A stretch of 64,000 bases of DNA from Thermoleophilia bacterium (GTDB taxonomy: Bacteria; Actinomycetota; Thermoleophilia; UBA2241), in assembly GCA_052139595.1 (NCBI GenBank), contig JBKQWK010000216.1:327-64326 (forward strand). The letters run 5' to 3'. Under the pieces are notes generated by a model, which saw only the letters and a list, made by a program, of their open reading frames with translations, searched no databases and was not told the origin of the DNA. The stretch's first letter is position 1, and each line of letters begins with the position of its first letter. This document shows positions 38,223 through 47,529 of the stretch, piece by piece. The translations under genes and the position numbers were made by a program.

Positions 38223-39196
38223 AAACGCTGGTCGCCGATGTACGAGCAATCTGTGATGCCCTGCGCACCGTAAACTACGGTGCCGTTGCGGTACACGATC
38301 GCCCCGACTACGACGCCCTGGCCGCCGGCGCCGGCATTATCGACATCATCACGCAGCTCGGCGGCCACGCTCGACTCTTTATAGCGGCGGACGAGCATCT
38401 TCCCGATCACGGCTTCTTTCTGCCTGAAGACCTGGTCGTCAGGGCTGTACCGCCGCAGGAGGCTGTGCTGATCTGTGTCGACTGCGGCTCGTTCCCGCGC
38501 CTGGCCCTGCCGCTCGACAACTGGGACGGTCTGGTCGTCAATATTGATCATCATCACGACAACACCCGCTATGGCGATGTCGTGCTTGTCCATGGCGAAG
38601 CCAGCAGCACTGCTGAAATCGTCTGCGGCTTGTACCAGGCGCTGGGCCTTGTGCCAACCGCAAGCGCGGCGACAGGTCTCTACACCGGCATATCGTTCGA
38701 CAGCGGTCACTTTCGGCACAGCACAACCTCGGCCGCCACGTTTGCCTGCGCAAGCTGGCTGGTGGACCTTGGCGTCGACCCGACAGCGGTTTACCGTGAA
38801 CTCTACGAACGTCGGCCGCTGGCCGGCCTGCGCCTGTGGGCGCAGGCCGTTGGCAACGTTAACGTCATCGCTGGCGGGCGCGGCCTGGTAAGTGTGCTCA
38901 CGGCAGGCGACTACGAGCATGCTGGCGCCAGCGAAGACGATACCGAAGCGATTGTCGAGGCACTGCGGGCCGTCGACGGAGTCGACGTGGCGGCGCTGAT
39001 CAAAGAGCAGTCTGCGCCACCCCGTGTGCGCGTCAGTCTGCGGTCACGCGGTTTCGACGTCAGCGCCGTCGCTGCCCTGCGCGGCGGCGGCGGTCATCGA
39101 CAAGCCGCCGGTTTCACCAGCGACGAGACCCCCGGGGAGGTGGCACAGTGGCTCAGTTCCGCACTCGCAGAGCGCCTACGGATGGCATCCTGCTGA
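38219..39196 (+). CDS. nrnA: DHH/DHHA1 bifunctional oligoribonuclease / pAp phosphatase NrnA
   Basis: DHH motifs (AVHDRPDYDALA, VNIDHHHDN) and DHHA1 motif GGGGHRQAAGF. Confidence 0.85.
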   Translation: MKTLVADVRAICDALRTVNYGAVAVHDRPDYDALAAGAGIIDIITQLGGHARLFIAADEHLPDHGFFLPEDLVVRAVPPQEAVLICVDCGSFPRLALPLDNWDGLVVNIDHHHDNTRYGDVVLVHGEASSTAEIVCGLYQALGLVPTASAATGLYTGISFDSGHFRHSTTSAATFACASWLVDLGVDPTAVYRELYERRPLAGLRLWAQAVGNVNVIAGGRGLVSVLTAGDYEHAGASEDDTEAIVEALRAVDGVDVAALIKEQSAPPRVRVSLRSRGFDVSAVAALRGGGGHRQAAGFTSDETPGEVAQWLSSALAERLRMASC

Positions 39197-40059
39197 TCGA
39201 CAAGCCGGCCGGCTGTACTTCACACGACGTCGTCGCCCGTGTGCGCCGCAGGCTGCAGCCAAGCGTCAAGAAGGTCGGTCATGCCGGCACGCTCGACCCG
39301 TTTGCCACCGGCCTCTTGCTGGTACTTGTCGGCCGGGGCACGAAGCTCGCCCGCTTCTTCGTCGACCTACCGAAGGTGTACGAGTGTACCATCCAGTTTG
39401 GCGCCGCCTCGAGCACCGGCGATCTGACCGGCGAGCTTGCGCCCAGCGGCGCGACCACCACACGCGAAGCGATTGACGATGTGCTGCCGCAGTTTCTCGG
39501 CTGCATCATGCAGAAGGTACCAATGACCTCGGCCGTGAAAGTCGACGGCGAGCGACTTTACAAGAAGGCCCACCGCGGCGAGATCGTCGAAACCCCCGTG
39601 AGGGAGGTGACGATCGAGAGCATCACTGTGCGCGACTTTGATGAGGCAGCTCAATCCATGCGCTGCCAGATTTGTTGCTCGAAAGGCACCTATGTACGTC
39701 AGCTCGCGACCGACATTGGCGATCTCGTCGGCACTGGCGGCTACCTTGAACAGCTTGCCCGTACGGCCATCGGCACCTTCCAACTTGATGACGGGCAGTC
39801 ATTGGCAGACTTCGAAGAAGCAGTCGTGGCGCGGGATGAGGGCGACGCTCGCATCCCCGGTCTGGTGGCGCTCGCTCAGGCACTGGATTTCTTGCCGGCT
39901 GTGGAAGTGCCGGCAGCACAGATGCCGGCGATCCGCAACGGCAGCCACTTGCCCAGCGGCCCGGGCGAACCGGTGCGCATCACCTATCGCGGCGAACTGC
40001 TCGCCATTTACGGCCCCGTCGAGGGCGAGCGCGGCGTACAGCCGTTGGTGATGATGTAG
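39148..40059 (+). CDS. truB: tRNA pseudouridine(55) synthase TruB
   Basis: GILLIDKPAGCTSHDVV...KVGHAGTLDPFATGLL catalytic Asp motif. Confidence 0.9.
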   Translation: MAQFRTRRAPTDGILLIDKPAGCTSHDVVARVRRRLQPSVKKVGHAGTLDPFATGLLLVLVGRGTKLARFFVDLPKVYECTIQFGAASSTGDLTGELAPSGATTTREAIDDVLPQFLGCIMQKVPMTSAVKVDGERLYKKAHRGEIVETPVREVTIESITVRDFDEAAQSMRCQICCSKGTYVRQLATDIGDLVGTGGYLEQLARTAIGTFQLDDGQSLADFEEAVVARDEGDARIPGLVALAQALDFLPAVEVPAAQMPAIRNGSHLPSGPGEPVRITYRGELLAIYGPVEGERGVQPLVMM

Positions 40060-41015
40060 TGCGCATTTACGCGCAGCTCGCCGGTCTGCCGACGGCTCAG
40101 CGAGCAGTGGCAATCGGCACCTTTGACGGCGTACACATCGGCCATCAGCGCGTCATCAGTTCTGCCGTTGCCGAGGCAATCGAACACCATCTCTTGAGCA
40201 GCGTGCTGACGTTTGCTGGCCATCCTGCCGGCGTCTTTGACCCGCCACGAGCACCGCGCCTGCTCACGCCGCTGTCGTGCAAAGAGCGACTGATTGCTGA
40301 ACTTGGCCCTGACGAGCTGATCGTCGTGCCGTTCGACAGAGCATTTGCCGCTCTCCCGGCGAACGTGTTTTGCCGGCAGGTACTTGTTGAGCAGCTGAAC
40401 GCACGCGTAGTCGTTGTCGGCGAGAACTTCACCTATGGTGCTGGCGGGAGCGCTGGTGCGAACGACTTGCGCAGCGCCGGCCAGGCACTCGGCTTCGAAA
40501 CAATCGTCGTGCCCCTAGTCACAGAACGCGGCGCGGCGATCAGCTCGACCCGCATTCGTACCTTGTTGCAGCGTGGCTGGCTGGAAGAGGTACGTGAGAT
40601 TCTCGGCCGGCCGCCGTCGGCCGCCGGCCTCGTCGCCGTCGGTTTCAAACGCGGGCGAACGCTCGGCGTGCCAACCGCCAACCTCGAAGTCGAAGCGGGC
40701 ACAATCTTTCCTGGGCGCGGTGTCTATGCCGGTCGTGCCCAGGTGCAAGACCGCTGGTATCGCGCTGCTGTCAACGTCGGCCACAACCCGACGTTTCAGA
40801 GTCGCGACGAAGAGACCGTGCACCTCACCATCGAGGCTCATCTCCTCGGTTTCAGCGGCGATATCTATGACCAGCGAATACGTGTCGACTTTCTCCACAA
40901 GATCCGCGACGAGCGCCGCTTCGCCTGCGTCGCCGAGCTAATGGCGCAGATGCAGGACGACATTGCCGCCACGGCGGTCTTGCACGACCCCGCTTTCGAA
41001 GCCGTTGGCTTGTAG
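40059..41015 (+). CDS. ribF: bifunctional riboflavin kinase / FAD synthetase
   Basis: [13 protein letters not shown] nucleotidyltransferase motif plus C-terminal riboflavin kinase motifs ([16 protein letters not shown]). Confidence 0.9.
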   Translation: MRIYAQLAGLPTAQRAVAIGTFDGVHIGHQRVISSAVAEAIEHHLLSSVLTFAGHPAGVFDPPRAPRLLTPLSCKERLIAELGPDELIVVPFDRAFAALPANVFCRQVLVEQLNARVVVVGENFTYGAGGSAGANDLRSAGQALGFETIVVPLVTERGAAISSTRIRTLLQRGWLEEVREILGRPPSAAGLVAVGFKRGRTLGVPTANLEVEAGTIFPGRGVYAGRAQVQDRWYRAAVNVGHNPTFQSRDEETVHLTIEAHLLGFSGDIYDQRIRVDFLHKIRDERRFACVAELMAQMQDDIAATAVLHDPAFEAVGL

Positions 41016-41151
41016 AAAAGCACGGACGTCCACGGCCGCTTATCGAGCCAACTTTGTGCGACAGCACGGGTATGATACTGTTCAAAACGACCGTTTCTCG
41101 GTTTCGGGCCGCCGACCCGTTACTGAGTCTCCGGATTATCCCGCAAGGGAG

Positions 41152-41430
41152 GTGAATCCCCTGGCTATCACGAAAGACAACAAACAAGATATTTTCGCCA
41201 AATTCTCTAAACACGATGGCGACACCGGTTCTCCCGAAGTTCAGGTCGCTCTGCTGAGCAAGCGTATCGATGACCTCACCGAGCACCTCAAAATCCACAA
41301 GAAAGACCACCACTCGCGTCGTGGTCTGCTCATGATGGTTGGTCACCGCCGCCGATTGCTCAACTACCTGCAGTCGCGCGACGTTGAACGCTACCGCAAC
41401 CTGGTGAAAGAACTCGAGCTCCGCAAGTAA
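41152..41430 (+). CDS. rpsO: 30S ribosomal protein S15; start is either GTG at 41152 or CTG at 41161
   Basis: [70 protein letters not shown] matches S15 over its full length. Confidence 0.9.
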   Translation: MNPLAITKDNKQDIFAKFSKHDGDTGSPEVQVALLSKRIDDLTEHLKIHKKDHHSRRGLLMMVGHRRRLLNYLQSRDVERYRNLVKELELRK

Positions 41431-41520
41431 GCGCCTTGGCGTTTGCTGTCAGCTCTTCCCGCATGGACGTTGGCCCGCGGCGTTTGCCGTTGAGAGGGCC
41501 GGAAGGATACGAAGGTACAG

Positions 41521-43608
41521 ATGACAAAAGTTGAAGTTGAAATCGGGGGAAAAACGATTTCCCTCGAGACCGGCAAGCTCGCCAAGCAGGCGAACGGCGC
41601 GGTCCTGGTCCGTTGCGGCGACACCGTCGTCCTGGTGACGGCGGTCGGTAGAGAAGAGACTCGCGAGAGTCAGGATTTCTTTCCTCTCACGGTCGACATC
41701 GAAGAACGCATGTACGCCGCAGGGAAGATTCCCGGCGGCTTCATAAAGCGCGAGTCACGGCCGAGCGAAAAGGCGATCCTCACGGCGCGCCAGATCGACC
41801 GGCCCATTCGACCTTTGTTCCCCAAGGGCTTCATGAACGAAGTCCAGATCGTGGGCACTATTCTCAGTGTCGATCAGGATAACGCCTATGACGTGCTCTG
41901 CATGATCGGCGCTTCGGCAGCGCTGACGATCAGCGAAATCCCCTTTTATGGGCCTTTGGGAGCCGTACGCATCGGCATCATCGACGGCAAGTTCGTCGTC
42001 AACCCAACGCTCACGGATTTACAGGAGGCGACACTCGACCTCGTCGTCAGCGCCAGCAAAGAAGCGATCGTCATGGTCGAAGCCGGCGCCACCGAAGTCA
42101 GCGAAGAGACGATTCTTGAGGGTCTGCGCTTAGCTCACGCCGAGATCAAAAAGCTCATCGACATGCAGCTCGAGTTGCAGCAGCTTGCCGGCAAGCCGAA
42201 GTGGCAGGTTAACGAATGGACCGTCGACGCTGGCGTTATGGCCGAGGTCGAGAGTCGTTTTGAGACTCGCCTCAGTGCAGCCGCGACGATCACCGACAAG
42301 AAGGAACGGGCGACGGCAACCGCCGACGTGAAGCAAGAGGTCCTAGCGGCTTTGCTCAGCGACGACACCGATAGTGAACGTCATCTGCAAGTCAGGCGAG
42401 CCTTCGGTCAACTCGAGAAGACCATCATTCGCAAGCGCATTGCCGTCGACAAGGTGCGGCCAGACGGTCGCGCCGTCGACGAAATCCGGCCCATCAGCGT
42501 CGAGGTTGGCCTCATGCCGCGCACGCACGGCAGCGCCCTGTTTACGCGCGGCCAAACGCAGGCGCTGACGCTGCTCACCCTCGGTGCCAGCGGCGAACAT
42601 CAGCGCCTTGATGGTCTCGGTCTCGAGGTCAGCAAGCGCTACATACACCACTACAATTTCCCGCCCTTCTGCGTCGGCGAGACCGGTTTTATGCGTGGCC
42701 CGAAACGCCGCGACATCGGTCATGGCGCCCTGGCTGAGCGGGCACTGCTACCGGTGCTGCCTGATGAGGTCGACTTTCCCTACACCATTCGTCTGGTCAG
42801 CGAGATCCTCGAAAGCAACGGTTCCTCGTCGATGGCCAGCGTCTGCGGCTCCACGCTTTCCCTCATGGATGCCGGCGTGCAGATCAAGGATCCGGTCGCC
42901 GGCATCGCCATGGGTCTCATCAAGGAAGGCGATGCCGTTGTTGTCTTGACCGACATCGCCGGCGTCGAGGATCACCTCGGTGACATGGACTTCAAAGTCG
43001 CCGGCACGAAGAACGGCATCACCGCTCTGCAGATGGACATCAAGATTCAGGGCGTGACCTTCGAAATTCTCGGCGAGGCCCTCGAGCAGGCTCGCCGAGG
43101 CCGGCTCTTCATCCTCGACAAGATGCTGGCCGTGATCCCCGCTCCGCGCTCCGAACTGTCGGTTTACGCACCGCGCATCTTCAGCGTTCAGATCGACCCG
43201 GCGCAGATAGGGCTGATCATCGGCAAAGGCGGCGAGACAATCCGCGGCATGACCGACGAGTTCAGCTGCAGCATCGACATCGAAGACGACGGCACAATCT
43301 TCATCTGTGCCCCCGACCAGGAGTCGGCCGAAGCTGTCATCAGTCGCATCAACTCGATGACCAAAGACATTGAGGTCGGCGACGTGTTCACCGGCAAAGT
43401 CGTAAAGACGACCGCCTTTGGTGCTTTCGTCGAACTCAAGAAGGGCACCGACGGCCTCCTGCACATCTCACAGCTGGGCAAGGGTCACGTCAAGCAGGTT
43501 GAGGACGTGCTTAAGCGCGGCGACATCGTCACCGTCGAGGTGGTCGAGATTGACAAGGCACGTAACCGCATCGGGCTCAAGCCATTGAGTCTGCCCGACA
43601 GTGAGTAA
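41521..43608 (+). CDS. pnp: polyribonucleotide nucleotidyltransferase (PNPase)
   Basis: Two RNase PH domains plus KH and S1; 695 aa; follows rpsO. Confidence 0.95.
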   Translation: MTKVEVEIGGKTISLETGKLAKQANGAVLVRCGDTVVLVTAVGREETRESQDFFPLTVDIEERMYAAGKIPGGFIKRESRPSEKAILTARQIDRPIRPLFPKGFMNEVQIVGTILSVDQDNAYDVLCMIGASAALTISEIPFYGPLGAVRIGIIDGKFVVNPTLTDLQEATLDLVVSASKEAIVMVEAGATEVSEETILEGLRLAHAEIKKLIDMQLELQQLAGKPKWQVNEWTVDAGVMAEVESRFETRLSAAATITDKKERATATADVKQEVLAALLSDDTDSERHLQVRRAFGQLEKTIIRKRIAVDKVRPDGRAVDEIRPISVEVGLMPRTHGSALFTRGQTQALTLLTLGASGEHQRLDGLGLEVSKRYIHHYNFPPFCVGETGFMRGPKRRDIGHGALAERALLPVLPDEVDFPYTIRLVSEILESNGSSSMASVCGSTLSLMDAGVQIKDPVAGIAMGLIKEGDAVVVLTDIAGVEDHLGDMDFKVAGTKNGITALQMDIKIQGVTFEILGEALEQARRGRLFILDKMLAVIPAPRSELSVYAPRIFSVQIDPAQIGLIIGKGGETIRGMTDEFSCSIDIEDDGTIFICAPDQESAEAVISRINSMTKDIEVGDVFTGKVVKTTAFGAFVELKKGTDGLLHISQLGKGHVKQVEDVLKRGDIVTVEVVEIDKARNRIGLKPLSLPDSE

Positions 43609-43626
43609 CGTGGACCGGAGGATGTC

Positions 43627-44898
43627 ATAAACGACGGCTATCAACTGGCAACGCTGGGCAACGGCCTGCGGGTCGTCAGCGAACGATTGCCGGGTGTGCG
43701 CTCGGTCGGGCTCGGCGTGTGGATCGACAGTGGTTCACGCGCCGAGCCCGACCAGCTCGCCGGCATCTCGCATTTCATCGAGCACCTGCTCTTCAAGGGC
43801 AGCCGCGATTATGCCGCCGTCGACATTGCCCGCATCTTTGACGAGATGGGTGGCGAGCCCAACGCAGCCACGAGCAAAGAACACACGCTGGTACATGCAC
43901 GCCTGCTTGACGAAGACGTCGAGCAGGCCTTTGCCGTCATCGCCGACATGGTTCAGCGGCCGCGACTGAGCGACATCGACGCCGAGCGCGAAGTCGTCCT
44001 CGAAGAGGTGGCCATGTACGAAGACTCGCCGCCGGAGCTGATCCACGATTACCTCACTGAGGCGGTTTTTCAGCACCATCCGCTGGGGCGGGCTGTCATT
44101 GGCACGAGCACAACGTTGCGAGCTCTCGATGAGACAGCCATCAAGGCGTACCATCACGCCCACTACGTGCCGTCGTCGCTCGTCATCGCCGCCGCCGGTA
44201 ACATTGAGCACGCTCGCCTGTGCGCCCTTGCCGAGCAGCACTTCGCCGGCTCGGCCGACAAGGCGCCGCCGGAGGTACCTCTCAGCGCCGCCGGCTGGCG
44301 ACATGTGGCCCAGTTCTGGGCCAAGGACACGGAGCAGTATCATGTCTGCCTTGGCGGTCCCGGTCCGCGACGCGCCGACGAGGATCGCTGGGCGGTGTTC
44401 ATCATCGATACGCTGCTCGGTGGTGCCTGGAGTTCGCGTCTCTTTCAAGAGGTGCGCGACAAGCGCGGCTTGGCGTACTCGGTGTACTCGTACACCTCCA
44501 TGTACGCCGACTCTGGTCTCACGGCGATTTACTTCGGCTCACGTGAAGAAGCGATTGGCGAGGCCATGACGTTAATCGTCGACGAACTCAAGCGCGTCCA
44601 TCGCGGCTTCAGCGCCGATGACGTGGCGCGGGCCAAGAAGCATGTGAAGGGCGCCTACGTACTCGGCATGGAGAGCCCCTCGGCGCGCATGCAGGCGTTG
44701 GGCCGCTCCATACTTACCGGCCTGCCGGTCCTGACCGTCGACGAAGTGCTCGCCAAGGTCGATGCCGTTACCGTGAGCGATGTCGCAGCGGCAGCGGCCC
44801 GCTATTACGACTTCGAGAAGTGGTCCACCGTATGCATCGGACCCCGCGAAGAACCGTGGCGGGCAGCAACCAACGAGTTTGTCTGGGAGCAAGCGTGA
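43627..44898 (+). CDS. M16-family (pitrilysin-like) zinc peptidase; N-terminus precedes the first canonical start (TTG at 43687)
   Basis: HFIEHLLFKGS inverted zinc motif. The conserved N-terminal strand YQLATLGNGLRVVSERLPGVRSVGLGVWIDSGSR is encoded between the pnp stop and the TTG. Confidence 0.8.
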   Translation: MNDGYQLATLGNGLRVVSERLPGVRSVGLGVWIDSGSRAEPDQLAGISHFIEHLLFKGSRDYAAVDIARIFDEMGGEPNAATSKEHTLVHARLLDEDVEQAFAVIADMVQRPRLSDIDAEREVVLEEVAMYEDSPPELIHDYLTEAVFQHHPLGRAVIGTSTTLRALDETAIKAYHHAHYVPSSLVIAAAGNIEHARLCALAEQHFAGSADKAPPEVPLSAAGWRHVAQFWAKDTEQYHVCLGGPGPRRADEDRWAVFIIDTLLGGAWSSRLFQEVRDKRGLAYSVYSYTSMYADSGLTAIYFGSREEAIGEAMTLIVDELKRVHRGFSADDVARAKKHVKGAYVLGMESPSARMQALGRSILTGLPVLTVDEVLAKVDAVTVSDVAAAAARYYDFEKWSTVCIGPREEPWRAATNEFVWEQA

Positions 44899-45710
44899 TT
44901 GACGTTCTCGTCGTTGGCGGCCATGGACGTATGGGTTCGCTGGTCGCCCGCACTGTAGAAGCACAGCCAGATATGCGTTTGGTCGCTCTCGTCGACCCGG
45001 CTTACGGCAGCGACGCCGACCCCACGAGCACGGCAGCAGTTGCTTCATTCACCGAGCTTGCCCTTGCCTTGCAGGAGACTGCGCCGACGGTGGCCGTTGA
45101 ATTCAGCCTGCCCGCGTCGGTGTATGCCAATACGCTGTCACTACTGGCGGCGGGCGTTGACACGGTCGTCGGTGCCACCGGTCTGACCGATGAGCAACTC
45201 GCGCAACTGTTCACCGCGGCACGGGAAAGTCACGCCCATCTCTTCGTGGCGCCCAATTTCGCCCTCGGCGCCGTCTTGCTCATGGAGTTCTCTCGCCAGG
45301 CGGCGCGAGTGTTTGCGCGCGCCGAGATCATCGAACTTCACCACGAATCGAAAGTCGACGCGCCGTCGGGCACAGCGTTGCGGACGGCGGCGCTCATGAA
45401 CGACGAGCCGGCTTCCAGACTGGTCGCGGCGTCACAACAGCGGGGAGCAACCGAAGCGGTGACAGCTGACGGCGCTGAGCAGCCGGTCAGCCGCGGCCTC
45501 GAGCAGGGAGCGGTGCACGTCCACAGCGTGCGCCTACCCGGCCTCGTTGCCCATCAGGAAGTACTCTTCGGTGGCACAGGCGAACTGCTTACGCTGCGTC
45601 ACGACTCGTTTGCCCTCGAATCGTTCATGACCGGAGTCATGCTGGCAGTGCGCACCGTCGGTCAGCTTGAAGAACCGACGGTGGGCCTGGAGAAGATTCT
45701 GGCGGAGTGA
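44895..45710 (+). CDS. dapB: 4-hydroxy-tetrahydrodipicolinate reductase
   Basis: VIDVLVVGGHGRMG Rossmann N-terminus and EIIELHHESKVDAPSGTA; GTG start overlaps the upstream stop. Confidence 0.88.
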   Translation: MIDVLVVGGHGRMGSLVARTVEAQPDMRLVALVDPAYGSDADPTSTAAVASFTELALALQETAPTVAVEFSLPASVYANTLSLLAAGVDTVVGATGLTDEQLAQLFTAARESHAHLFVAPNFALGAVLLMEFSRQAARVFARAEIIELHHESKVDAPSGTALRTAALMNDEPASRLVAASQQRGATEAVTADGAEQPVSRGLEQGAVHVHSVRLPGLVAHQEVLFGGTGELLTLRHDSFALESFMTGVMLAVRTVGQLEEPTVGLEKILAE

Positions 45711-45753
45711 GACAAGTGACCGTGCTCCACCGCGCACCAGAGGAAGGGCTGCG

Positions 45754-46632
45754 ATGAAAGGGAACCTGGGAACCATCCTTACCGCCATGGTGACGCCGTT
45801 CGACGACGACCTCAAGGTTGATTTTGGCGGTCTTGAGCGCCTCGCCAATCACCTGCTCGAGACGGGCAGTGACGGCCTGGTTGTGGCCGGCACTACCGGC
45901 GAGTCACCAACACTGAGTGACGACGAGAAGGTGGCCATGTTCGAAGCCGTGGTGGCCTTGCTGGGAGGACGCGCCTGCGTCATTGCCGGGACCGGCTCGA
46001 ACGACACACAGCACTCCGTGCGTCTCACGCGCCGCGCCGAGGCCGCCGGTGTCGATGCGGTTCTCGTCGTGGCACCGTACTACAACAAACCGCCGCTACG
46101 TGGTCTTATCCGCCACTTTCAAACGATCGCCGCGGCCACAAGCTTGCCGCTGGTCATCTACAACATCCCGTCGCGCTGCAACGTTAACTTACCGGCGGAG
46201 GCGCTGGCCGAGCTTGGCCGCATCGAGAACGTTGTCGCCGTGAAGCAGGCGAACCCCGACCTCTCTGAACTCCGTCACCTGCGCGAGATCAGCGACCTGG
46301 GGGTTTATGCCGGCAACGACGACATGCTGCTTGAGGTCGCCAAGATGGGTGGGTGGGGTGGCATCTGCGTTTCCAGTCACCTGGCTGGGGCGCGTATGCG
46401 GCGAGTCGTCGATCTGGTGCGAGCTGGCCATGTCGCCAGCGCCGAAGCGCTCGACGGCGAACTCTCGTCGCTCTACAGGACGCTCTTCATTACCTCCAAC
46501 CCAATTCCCGTCAAGTGCGCGCTGGGCCTGCTCGGTCTGCCGGCCGGTGATTTGCGCTTGCCGCTGGTCGCCGCTGACGACAGCGAGCGCCAGATGATCG
46601 CCGCCGAACTGCGCCGACAACGCCTGCTGTGA
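45754..46632 (+). CDS. dapA: 4-hydroxy-tetrahydrodipicolinate synthase
   Basis: MKGNLGTILTAMVTPF ... GTTGES ... active-site lysine region (VVAVKQANPD). Confidence 0.9.
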   Translation: MKGNLGTILTAMVTPFDDDLKVDFGGLERLANHLLETGSDGLVVAGTTGESPTLSDDEKVAMFEAVVALLGGRACVIAGTGSNDTQHSVRLTRRAEAAGVDAVLVVAPYYNKPPLRGLIRHFQTIAAATSLPLVIYNIPSRCNVNLPAEALAELGRIENVVAVKQANPDLSELRHLREISDLGVYAGNDDMLLEVAKMGGWGGICVSSHLAGARMRRVVDLVRAGHVASAEALDGELSSLYRTLFITSNPIPVKCALGLLGLPAGDLRLPLVAADDSERQMIAAELRRQRLL

Positions 46633-47483
46633 GTCTGCCGGAGCGCTTTCTTGTCTTTGTAGAAGCGCGCTCGCGCGTCGCCGTCGTTCTTGTTTGTGTG
46701 CTGGCTATCACCAGCATTGGCATCATCGATTATTTCGCCGGCGAGCGCTTGAGCTTCGTCGTTTTCTACCTAGCGCCGGTGACCATCATCGCGTGGCGAC
46801 TGGGGCCGCTCTGGGGCTCCACGGCAGCAGCTGCCGCTGCGCTCGTCTCGGTGACTGCCGACAGTATGAATCGCCACGTGACGCTCTACGCCGACGGCAT
46901 CAACTACTGGAACTTCGCCACGCATGCTGGTATCTTCGTCGGCGCCGTTCTGACCTTGAGTGCCTTGCGGCGAACCATTGACAAGGAGAAGGACCTGGCG
47001 CGCATCGATGCGCTCACAGAATCAGCCAATCGGCGCGCCTTCGATGAATTGGCCGAGAGCGAGCTACGCCGCGGTCGCCGCTATGCGCATCCGCTCACGC
47101 GCGTCTACGTCGACGTCGACGACTTGAAACTCGTTAACGATACCTTTGGTCACGACCAGGGCGATGCCCTCCTGCGCACCGTTGCCGGGCTGCTGCGTGA
47201 CAACTTCCGCGAAACGGACGTTGTCGCTCGCCTCGGTGGCGACGAGTTCTGTGTTCTGCTCTCCGAAACCGACGCGCGGGCGGCGGAGGTCGTCACGGCC
47301 AAGCTCCACGGCGCCGTGCAGGCGGCGGCGGCGCAGGCTCGCTGGCCGCTGTCGCTGAGCATCGGCGCCGTCACCTTCAGTACAATGCCGGCGAACACCG
47401 ATGAGATGCTGCGCCAGGCAGATGGAATCATGTACGCAGTCAAGACCAGCGGCAAGAATGCCGTCCGGCTCGTGGCCGCGTGA
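46629..47483 (+). CDS. membrane-anchored GGDEF-domain diguanylate cyclase
   Basis: N-terminal TM segments then RIDALTESANRRAF...LGGDEFCVLL (GGDEF active site). Confidence 0.8.
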   Translation: MSLPERFLVFVEARSRVAVVLVCVLAITSIGIIDYFAGERLSFVVFYLAPVTIIAWRLGPLWGSTAAAAAALVSVTADSMNRHVTLYADGINYWNFATHAGIFVGAVLTLSALRRTIDKEKDLARIDALTESANRRAFDELAESELRRGRRYAHPLTRVYVDVDDLKLVNDTFGHDQGDALLRTVAGLLRDNFRETDVVARLGGDEFCVLLSETDARAAEVVTAKLHGAVQAAAAQARWPLSLSIGAVTFSTMPANTDEMLRQADGIMYAVKTSGKNAVRLVAA

Positions 47484-47529
47484 ATACGCATACCACCACA
47501 AACTGGCAAAAAGGAAGAATCAGGTACTT

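Noticed and set aside
41431-41520. Possible RNase III processing hairpin / pnp autoregulatory leader between rpsO and pnp.
   Set aside because: A GC-rich imperfect inverted repeat exists (GGCGUUUGC...GCGGCGUUUGCC), but no convincing single hairpin could be defined by eye. It is left uncalled.
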